Below are positions 19,212 through 28,199 of a stretch of DNA of 64,000 nucleotides, piece by piece. The notes beneath the pieces are model-generated. The model did not search any database, had not been told where the DNA came from, and worked only from the letters and a program-made list of their open reading frames with translations. A program made the position numbers and the translations under genes. The stretch lies in assembly GCA_977020255.1 (NCBI GenBank), contig CDROCS010002676.1, positions 496,001 to 560,000 on the forward strand, written 5' to 3'. The stretch comes from Obrimoposthia wandeli (taxonomy: Eukaryota). Numbering within the stretch: the stretch's first letter is position 1; the number at the start of each line of letters is the position of its first letter.

Positions 19212-20657
19212 CAGGGTTTCTCAACGGGGGCCCTGGGGCCCCCTGGGGGGCCACACAATTTGCCAGGGGGCCACACGAGCCAAACAAAAATAAAAAATTA
19301 ACACCCCTGTTTTCACTGGGTTAAACACTTCGATGGCTGCACACGTGTGCCATAAATAAATGTTTGACATGGAATAAAAACAGAGTATAGACTTCTAGAT
19401 ACATATGGACGCGACGCGTCAACTTATTTCGTGGGCGTACCAGCCCAATGAGGGCCGACGGTAAAACATCATAATATGCCTTTGCAAAAATATCATCGCG
19501 CTACAAAAGTTTGTGTGGCGGATGTGGCATATGCATAATCATCATTCTGAGTAATCTATGGACTAAAATCAGTAATCGTGTTGTGTCTCAGCGTGTGAAG
19601 AGAAGAGTGTCACACTTCATGTGTACATGCCCAAAATACGCTGCCATTGAAAAATGCTACCTACCTAACTCACAAACGTGCACTTGTGTTTGTTTTGAAT
19701 GAGTCAGTAGTTGATTTCTTTCTTCTTGTTTGTCATTCACCATATCTGAATGTACACACATAGGACCTTGTTTTTCTAATTGTCTTTTTGCTCACGTTAC
19801 CCTTGTAAACAATTTTCATTTCTGATTTTTAGTTGACAATGAGCAGCAAGAAAAAGTGCAGACAGTATAATTGTGATTATTTACGTTTCGGATTCATTGC
19901 AAGCCAAAGTAATTCTCAACTTCCTGAGTGTATTGTCTGTAACACTGTGCTCTCCAATGACTCAATGCGACCATCAAAACTTGAGGCTCATCTCCAAAAG
20001 AAGCATCCTGACATTGCAACAAAACCGCGCACATATTTTACTCAGCTTCGTGATCAGAGGACAACAGCCTCAACCCAATTGCGAAAATTTGTGGTTCCTC
20101 AGAACTTTACTTCTGGCTTAACAGCATCATATAAAATTGCATATTTAATGGCGAAACAGGGTAGAGCGCATACACTGGCAGAGCAGTTGATTAAACCTGC
20201 TATCTTGGAAGCATTTAATGTTGCCATGTATCAAATCCACAGTCAGTGCTCGCATCGATTCCTCTCTCAAATGAAATTTTCAAGAAGGTTTATCCCTTTA
20301 TTGTTAATCTACCGACGTCGGTGTTAGCTGAGAAGGGGTTCTCAGTTGTCCTTCATTCGTTCGCAAAACAGCGGATGAATCTCAAGTTGTGTGACAATGC
20401 AGAAATCCGTTTACGACTTTCTGAAAATGCTCCAGATTTCACTACACTTGTTGGCAAACGCCAAGCGCAAGGGTCACACTAACATTTTTTAAATATAGTT
20501 TTCTCATTGATTATCTTTTTGAATGTTTCCATGACAGAATAGTATAATTGAAAACAATACGTATACGATGTAATCTTTTTGTTCATAGTAGAGGGGGGCC
20601 ACAGCAATTTGCTGCAAACTAAAGGGGGCCGTGGTGAGAAAAGGTTGAGAAACCCTG
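19212..20657 (+). mobile_element. Non-autonomous hAT (Buster/Charlie-type) DNA transposon, internally deleted, 1446 bp
   Basis: TIRs CAGGGTTTCTCAAC / GTTGAGAAACCCTG and 8-bp TSD TCCTACAG (nnnTAnnn) at 19204-19211 and 20658-20665. Contains a BED-finger N-terminus (KKKCRQY..YL.FGF...PECIVC...LSNDSM.PSKL..HL..KH) joined to a Buster-type C-terminus (PTS.L.E.GFS...QAQGSH). Confidence 0.95.
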
Positions 20658-21011
20658 TCCTACAGTGATGACATCAATTTTTTCCTCTAATTCATTTCCT
20701 ATCGGATATCCACACTCGACTGGTACGTCCTCATCATCTAGTGATCTCCCTTTATAATGGAACAACATATTCATTCCATCAATTTCAAGTTTCTCGGCCA
20801 ACTTTTTTCGAATAGTTTTCATTGTCTGATACACGTTAAGTTTTTCATGTATAATCTGTCCGGAAATTAATCGAAGTGAAATATTCATCGTTCCTTCCTG
20901 GTTTGATCTCTGTACGTAGCGACCATAACCTTTCAATAATCCTCGTGGTACTTCTTTGTAACCCAAGTTATCATGACTATGTTTAACCAATTCTGCTCGC
21001 ACTTCTTCCAA
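20658..21011 (-). CDS. Ubiquitin-like domain following Gag; continues in frame into 19211 once the hAT is removed
   Basis: MNISLRLISGQIIHEKLNVYQTMKTIRKKLAEKLEIDGMNMLFHYKGRSLDDE follows the ubiquitin pattern (MQIFVKTLTGK...TI..VK.KI...L.F.GK.L.D). No C-terminal GG. The junction reads KIDVITVG|RQELV. Confidence 0.7.
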
Positions 21012-23086
21012 TCTGTGTGCACTTTAATTGTTTGCAATTTGGCCAAAACTTCTGGAGCTTCACTCGTTTCATCTAACGGTTGATTCAACGTCTCCTTAGC
21101 TTCACTAATTATCTTTTTTACATTTTCCATACTCGTAGCATTTCTTGATGCTTCTACATGATCAGTCATAGGTTGTGCGTTACACGTTTTCTCTATTGGT
21201 GTCTCATATGCTTCTAGTATTTGGTTCATTAAATCATTCATCTCTTCTCTCGAGTGTAGACTTTTTTCTTGTTTCGACAACGTAGATGAATTCGCCATCT
21301 TTGTATGTGGTGAATCTTTAATTATTCCCAACATTCGTTCAAATTTACTATCACTATCTTCAAAATCTATTTCGCGTCGAAGTTCGGTCTCGCGATTCCT
21401 ATCGCTGTCATCGTTTACATAACTAAAATTTCCTTTCGGTTTCGGCGAACTCTCGCGACTATTTGTCTTGTCAACATTATTATTATTATATCTACCGGAA
21501 TTATTATATCTCTCAGCTCCTTGCTGTCCTACGTAATTATTGTATCTCTCAGCTCCTTGCTGTCTGTCTGCATAGTTATTGTATCTACCTGGTGACTGTT
21601 GTCTATCTGTATACTGATTATTCGGTCTCCATGGCTGTGGAGTATATCCACCACCTCTATTCCATGGCGGGGGTGAATTATATCCTCTATAATTATTTCC
21701 AAAATTATTATTACCGAAATTATTATTTCCGAATCTGTTAGTTCCGAACTCTTTACTTCTCGTACAATCTCTCGAATAGTGAGCCATTTGTTTACACGTG
21801 TAACACATTATTCTCCCTCGAATATCTATCTTATTTTGTTCATCTTCGAACTGTACTCGACGACTATTCTGTCTATTATCATATCGTCCTCTAAAATCAT
21901 TTCTTCGGAAATTCGATTCAAAACCGCTTCCTCGATTATTGAATCTTCCGTCACTACTTCCTGTATTATTTCCAAATCGAGAGTCACTTCGCTCTTCTCT
22001 GTTTGCGTTGTAATTCCTATCGTCTCCTCTCCAAGGTTGGCGATTTCCTGAATTTTCTATGTTAAATCTATTCCTGGAATCATCTCTATTTCTATTCCAC
22101 GAATCATTACTATTTCTACCTCTTGAATCATCTCGATTCCTGTTCCAAGACTCACTATTATTTCTACCTCTGGAATCATCTCGATTCCTACTTCGGAAAT
22201 TATCTCTGTTTCCGTTACTGGATTCATCTACTTTTTCAAACTTATTTTGTCCATAATTTCGATTCTGAAAATTACTCGGTTCTGTTTTATTCACGAAGAC
22301 CTTTGTCTTATCGTCGTCACCTGCAGTCATTGCGTAAATTGCCAATGCTGCGTTATTTTTTATATTTTTCTCAATCTCTCTCGCCTTTCGCACGGCGTTA
22401 TCAAAATCATTTGTATCCGATACTGCCAATAATACTTTAATATCTTTTTTCAGTCCTCCTCTAAATATATCCAACAAAACCTCTGCCATTTCATTTTGGT
22501 TCCGGTCATTTTCCGCTACTTGTGCTTCTTGAGCTACAGGAATACCGTCCTGATTTCTCATTATTCTTCTTGGGTACGCTCTTGCAGCCAAGGTTCTCAA
22601 AACATACGCGTATTCATTCACGCCTTCATCATGTTTCTGCTTCCGTTCTCTCATGAGTCGCTTATTTACTTTGGCTAAGTCTCCTAATACCAATTTTCCA
22701 ATAAAAGCATTTTCCAACGTTGGCCAGTCTAAACGTTCTGCTTCTGTCAAATGTTTATACACTTCAAGTGCTAATCCGGTTAAGTGTGCCTGTACTCGGA
22801 CACATTTTTCTTTATCGTTCCATCCTTGAACATCTGCACAACTCGAATATTCTGCGAGGAAGTCACAAATACTTTCCTCATCTCCTTTAAACTTTGTGAT
22901 CTGCAATGATCCTGAAAAGTTGGGTCTCAACGTCGCATTTAGGGCTTGTGCCAACTGTTCGGCATTCATGTCACCTACATTATTTCCTGCATTATTATCT
23001 GCTTGAGCTCCTGGGTGAGCCATATTTTCAACTATATCTTCTTCAACTATTTCTTCAATATTATTCGCTTGAACTTCTTCAATCAC
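20933..23086 (-). CDS. Gag (capsid, N/R/G/Y-rich low-complexity region, CCHC knuckle)
   Basis: KFKGDEES..FL..Y...GW...LTGLA..Y...W..L...F, and CYTCKQMAHYSRDC. First in-frame ATG at 23023; the frame is open without an ATG up to ~23410. Confidence 0.9.
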   Translation of the reverse strand: MIEEVQANNIEEIVEEDIVENMAHPGAQADNNAGNNVGDMNAEQLAQALNATLRPNFSGSLQITKFKGDEESICDFLAEYSSCADVQGWNDKEKCVRVQAHLTGLALEVYKHLTEAERLDWPTLENAFIGKLVLGDLAKVNKRLMRERKQKHDEGVNEYAYVLRTLAARAYPRRIMRNQDGIPVAQEAQVAENDRNQNEMAEVLLDIFRGGLKKDIKVLLAVSDTNDFDNAVRKAREIEKNIKNNAALAIYAMTAGDDDKTKVFVNKTEPSNFQNRNYGQNKFEKVDESSNGNRDNFRSRNRDDSRGRNNSESWNRNRDDSRGRNSNDSWNRNRDDSRNRFNIENSGNRQPWRGDDRNYNANREERSDSRFGNNTGSSDGRFNNRGSGFESNFRRNDFRGRYDNRQNSRRVQFEDEQNKIDIRGRIMCYTCKQMAHYSRDCTRSKEFGTNRFGNNNFGNNNFGNNYRGYNSPPPWNRGGGYTPQPWRPNNQYTDRQQSPGRYNNYADRQQGAERYNNYVGQQGAERYNNSGRYNNNNVDKTNSRESSPKPKGNFSYVNDDSDRNRETELRREIDFEDSDSKFERMLGIIKDSPHTKMANSSTLSKQEKSLHSREEMNDLMNQILEAYETPIEKTCNAQPMTDHVEASRNATSMENVKKIISEAKETLNQPLDETSEAPEVLAKLQTIKVHTDWKKCEQNWLNIVMITWVTKKYHEDY

Positions 23087-23519
23087 TACTTGATTGGCAA
23101 TTTCAAATTCTTCTGGGTTTTGAACTTCAATATTATCAATTTCTTCTGGGTTTATTTCACCAATTACTTCAGTCAGATCAAAACTGTCGGTTGAAACTGC
23201 TGATTGATTTACGTCTCTGTCTGATACGTTTTCTTCGACTCTAGTCTGTTCTATTACTTTGTTATCTGTTTGGGGAATCTGTTCAATTCGGTTAACTTTA
23301 TTATTATTTATCTCTTCCTGGGGAATCTGACTTTGTCTTCTAGTATTATACGCGGGTCCTTTTCTATTATCCGTTGTCTTATCAATTATGTATTCGTTTA
23401 CGATATCAATTTACTTATTATTTTATCTTATTTCACAATTCTTATTTTACGATTTTTTATCTCTTTAATTAGTTCGAGGACACGTCTCCCGACTTAACCT
23501 ATTCAATTAATTACTTCGA

Positions 23520-24045
23520 GTATCAATCCACTCGATTCTCAACTTTATCAAATTTACTGAACTCGAGGAACAAATCCACTCGATTTCTCAAAACTTATCA
23601 AATTCTTAACTTCGAGGAACAAATCTACTCGATTTCTCAAAACTTATCAAATTCTTAACTTCGAGGAACAAATCTACTCGATTTCTCAAAAACTTATCAA
23701 ATTCTTAACTTCGAGGAACAAATCTACTCGATTTCTCAACACTTATCAAATTCTCAACTTCGAGGAACAAATCTACTCGATTTCTCAAAACTTATCAAAT
23801 TCTTAACTTCGAGGAACAAATCTACCCGATTTCTCAACTTTATTCAAAACTTATCTCAATTTACTTATATCTTCTTCTGAAACTTATTCTCAATTTGCTT
23901 ATATCTTCTTCTGAAACTTATTCTCAATTGTCTATATTCTTCTGCTGAAACTTATTCTCAATTTATCTGAAACTTATTCTCAATTTATCTGAACTTATTC
24001 TATTTATCTGAAACTTATTCTCAATTTATCTGAAACTTATTCTAT
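23520..24045. repeat. 5' leader tandem arrays: 49-bp unit x~6 (~23530-23830) and ~22-bp unit array (~23860-24045)
   Basis: Units CTCGATTTCTCAAAACTTATCAAATTCTTAACTTCGAGGAACAAATCTA and TCTGAAACTTATTCTCAATTTA. Confidence 0.9.
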
Positions 24046-24070
24046 GTGAATTCGCTGTGTCCGACGAGCT

Positions 24071-24089
24071 ATCCTCACTCGGGACACCA
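24071..24089 (-). promoter_or_regulatory. Primer-binding site (19 nt), best matching elongator tRNA-Met
   Basis: Sense TGGTGTCCCGAGTGAGGAT. The complement ATC-CTCAC-TCGGGAC-A-CCA parses as T-loop end, 5-bp T-stem, 7-bp acceptor strand, discriminator and CCA, and resembles metazoan elongator tRNA-Met 3' ends. tRNA identity is from memory. Confidence 0.8.
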
Positions 24090-24097
24090 CTTTAATA

Positions 24098-26192
24098 TGT
24101 TGGGGTTTCTATATGAAACTTATATAGATCCTCTTGTGTGCGGAGGGCCCCAACGTGAGTTCGAATAGAAGCAGGTCTTAAAGTTGGTCGTGGCCTACTT
24201 AGTGCTATGGTCTCCTGTCTCAACTACTTATCTGAAGGTGTTTGTTTTGACGTCTCTTAATCTGAAGGTTTTAAAACAACGTTTTCTAATGTAGGAAATC
24301 GTTTATTGTTAACACACTAGACTAATACAACAATATGTTTACGTACGTATTTTCTAAAAAGTTATAGTAAAAATTCATTAGACTTCTGTAAGTCTCTACA
24401 CCAGTGGGGATGAACCACGTATCGATTTTACGTTAAGGTTGGTTAATATCTTAGAGTCTTTTCCTTAAATCGCGAATAAGCTCAAGTTATAGATTTTATG
24501 GAGCTGGTTGCTCTACTTCAAATGGTGAATTTATAGGCAAACAATTGTTAATTAAATTTATAGGCAAAACAATTATTACTTCAATGGTAATTTTATAGGT
24601 AAACAAATATTTCTTCAATGATAATTTTATAGGCAAATAAATATTTCTTCAACGATAATTTTATAGGTAAACAAATATTTCTTCAATGATAATTTTATAG
24701 GCAAACAATATTTCTTCAATGATAATTTTATAGGCAAACAATATTTCTTCAATGATAATTTTATAGGCAAATAAATATTTCTTCAGTGATAATTTTATAG
24801 GTAAACAAATATTTCTTCAATGATAATTTTATATGCAAAACAAATAGTATGTCAATGATAATTTATATGCAAAACAAATATTATGTCAATGATAATTTTA
24901 TAGCAAAACAAATATTATGTCAATGAAAATTTTACAGGCAAACAATATTTCTTCAATGATAATTTTATAGGTAAACAAATATTATGTCAATGATAATTTT
25001 ATAGGCAAACAATATTTCTTCAATGATAATTTTATAGGCAAACAATATTTCTTCAATGATAATTTTATAGGCAAACAATATTTCTTCAATGATAATTTTA
25101 TAGGCAAATAAATATTTCTTCAGTGATAATTTTATAGGTAAACAAATATTTCTTCAATGATAATTTTATATGCAAAACAAATATTATGTCAATGATAATT
25201 TATATGCAAAACAAATATTATGTCAATGATAATTTTATAGCAAAACAAATATTATGTCAATGACAATTTTACAGGCAAACAATATTTCTTCAATGATAAT
25301 TTTATAGGTAAACAAATATTATGTCAATGATAATTTTATATGCAAAACAAATATTATGTCAATGATAATTTTATAGTCGTTTCGTCTCACCTATTTAATC
25401 CGATTTTCCAATTCCTGGGACGACGTGTAAGCTTGCCGATCCGCAACTGTAAGATGAATCCCGATTCGCAACTGTAAGATGAATCCCGATTCGCAACTGT
25501 AAGATGAATCCCGATTCGCAACTGTAAGATGAATTCGATTTGCAACTGTAAGATGAATTCGATTGTCTGTCGCTCCGCCGCCGTGAAATGAATTCGATAT
25601 TGGCTGATCTGCAATTCCAGCAATTAATATAGGCTCAAAATTAGGAGCGCTCACCAGAGTTTTTTCCGCTGACTCAGTCCTTCGTCTCGGCTAAAATTGC
25701 TCTTTTCTGTGTGTGTCCCCTGGCACGACAATGACTGCTAGTTACTGGAGAGGATTTCTGGTAGTTGATTTTTCTTCCAATTCACTGAGTTTGTTTCTCC
25801 TTCTATTACAATTCACTGAGTCGACTTATATAGTCGATCGTCGATTGGAGGCAATTTCCACCTGGCTCTTGAAAGTCAGTGAAAATAAAATTGGCTAAAA
25901 TAATATGCCTACTGTCAATCTTCTTTTCTGCTGACGTGGTTTTTCTTTTAATTAATTTTCTTTTTTGCTTTGCTTATTATTTTCTTTTGCACTTTTTTTC
26001 CTTTAAAATTAACTTATATACACAACACATCATACACGACCTTCGTGGTTTTCTAACATTTATTCTTATTTTAATTTTAATAATTTTAATTTTGATTTTA
26101 AAATTTATTAAATTCTAACCTTGCTTTCAAGGATTTTCATTTTACTATAAAATCAATTTATTATTTTAATTTTTTAATTCCTAAACCTAACA
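24098..26192 (-). repeat. 5' LTR (2095 bp)
   Basis: Direct repeat of 4582-6786, adjacent to the PBS and followed by the CATC TSD. Confidence 0.97.
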
Positions 26193-26196
26193 CATC

Positions 26197-28100
26197 TTCT
26201 AATACCTGCTTCAAAGAGATTATTCATTTTCGAATCATGTATGAATTCTACTTTGTGTGTTAAAGATTGAACTGCACTACACCAACTAAGATTTGGAATA
26301 CTATAGAAATTAAGAGCCTCAAGATTACCATCAGATCTAACTTTTTGTCTAAAAGCGTCAAATACATCACAAAGTAAGTATACTTCAAGTCTCATATATT
26401 CCATCATATAGTCTTTAATATTAGTGCAACCATAGTTTTATCCACATTGTGAGAGCTAAATTTTATTTATAATATGTAATCCTATCAGGAAATTCACTTT
26501 TTGTAGACAATCTATCTCAATACAACTTAGATTCACAAGAAATATATTTATAAGGAAAAACACATTTACTAGATATTAAATAAGTACTAAAATATCTTGA
26601 TGTTTATGGTGAACTTGGAAGATAACTAACCAATCTTTCAAGACTATTTGTTGTAAAAAGATATGAATCTAAAAATTTCAATGTACCAGCTGATAATTCT
26701 ATCTTGAGAGCCATAAATGTTTCACTATACTTGGGTATGATTGAATAACTTTTCCTTTTTAATTTTGCAAATTTTAAAATATGATGAATATCATAACCCA
26801 TTAAGTAGTAAAATAAAATTGGCAATTTCGGTCTCTTACAAGAATCTACGAGATAAATTACGTGTGTTACATGGTGCTCTCTAGAATGCACCTGAAACAT
26901 GATCATGATCACGTACTGAAACTCTATTGATTTTCCTACAAAAATGACATATAACACAATCTTTAAAAGTTAACCGATCTTCATTTGTCATTATTAGTGG
27001 TGCTTGCAAATTATTTCTCCAAAAAGGTGCAAAAATATCATTAAAAATGTCAGTTTATTTATCTATAAAAGTAGTAGCTCAATCTAAACAAAAATATGAA
27101 AAGTACTCTATTTTATCGGTAACATAATTTTTCAAAAATATTCTAACTGCAATGGGAGCATGTATATGTTTAACAGTCACATCAGGTTCTAAAATATTAT
27201 CAAAATCAGCGTAAACTACAAAAGGAGGTTGAACTGACTTTGACCAATCTGTGAATTCACAATATTTACCATCTGGCATAGTGAATAATGTTGTATCAGT
27301 ATTAAGATCACAATGGGTTATAGGTTTATCATAAGCAACCCCAGTTCAAAAACCAAAAAGACATTTCGGCCATCAATGAAGTCGTTAATTCATAAGCATG
27401 ACAATTTAATAATCTATTTAAATTACAAACACCACAATAATGATAGGTGTTATGGTCTTCAATCAAAAGTAAATTAACAATTTTATTACATTCCGTAGTT
27501 TTTTTTCCGAAAAATTATACTAACATTCGGATTTTTCAATAGATCCTTATTCGGGTATTTTGTTTTAATTTTAGAATACTTAAAAAATGTAATTGCTATT
27601 TGGTTATTACATTCAAATCTAAAAAAAATAGGATATATTTATTCGAATAATTTCATTATGCTTTAACACACTAAGGATAAAATAGATAAAATACTTATTG
27701 AAACTGTTTTTGACATTGATTACTGCCATTTTATTTAATAATTTAAGTAGTGTTGGTATATATGAAGAACCCGAAACACTATATAATTTAGTTAATTTAA
27801 ACGAAATTTTTCATATTTTATCGATTGACCAACCACTACTCAATTCCGAGTACTTTTCAATACAATTATTTAACTTGTCTGCTCTAATAACGATAAAATC
27901 AAAATCGAAAACAACAGCCTTACAACTTATATGCCCCGTTTTAACTTTGTTTTCTATTTTTACAAGTTGAGCTTGAATACCAAATGCATTAATTTTATTT
28001 AGTAAATCATTTTTCATATCATTATAAATAACAAGTTTCAACATATTCTGGTTAGTTGTAGTATCAAAAATAAGATTATCTTGAACTGCACCCTCTATTT
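26197..28100 (-). pseudogene. Polinton/Maverick pPolB, N-terminal half (degraded); continuous with 3270-4581 before the LTR insertion
   Basis: SSGWSIDKI; PPFVVYADFD; GYDIHHI...E.F...LKFLDSY...SLE.L; VYLLCDVFDAFR...YSIP.LSW...FEAGIRR, continuing CMTFV across the CATC junction. Confidence 0.85.
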
Positions 28101-28199
28101 GGATATTTTCATTGACTAATATACTTTCAAGGCCTACCTGTTGCTACAAAATAGTTATATAATTCGTTAACAAACGGTTTTCGATTGACATTATCGTTT

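Larger units (their letters stand above)
4582..26192 (-). mobile_element. Giant (21.6 kb) full-length Ty3/Gypsy LTR retrotransposon with extensive accessory cargo
   Basis: Two near-identical LTRs (TGTTGGGG...CCTAACA), CATC at 4578-4581 and 26193-26196, PBS, Gag with CCHC knuckle, and PR-RT(YIDD)-RNaseH-IN domain order. Confidence 0.97.

Noticed and set aside
20990-21020. Programmed -1 gag-pol frameshift
   Set aside because: No slippery heptamer is visible, and the same single-T loss explains two other shifts.
8938-23497. Numerous plus-strand ORFs antisense to the retrotransposon genes (e.g. 8938-9330, 10694-11140, 15392-15886, 21463-21741)
   Set aside because: Shadow frames of A-rich minus-strand coding sequence; S/F/L/I-rich with no recognisable motifs.
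24071-24164. tRNA-like fragments as a tRNA gene
   Set aside because: Only 19-nt and 11-nt pieces matching a tRNA 3' half, explained as PBS and a PAS-like site.
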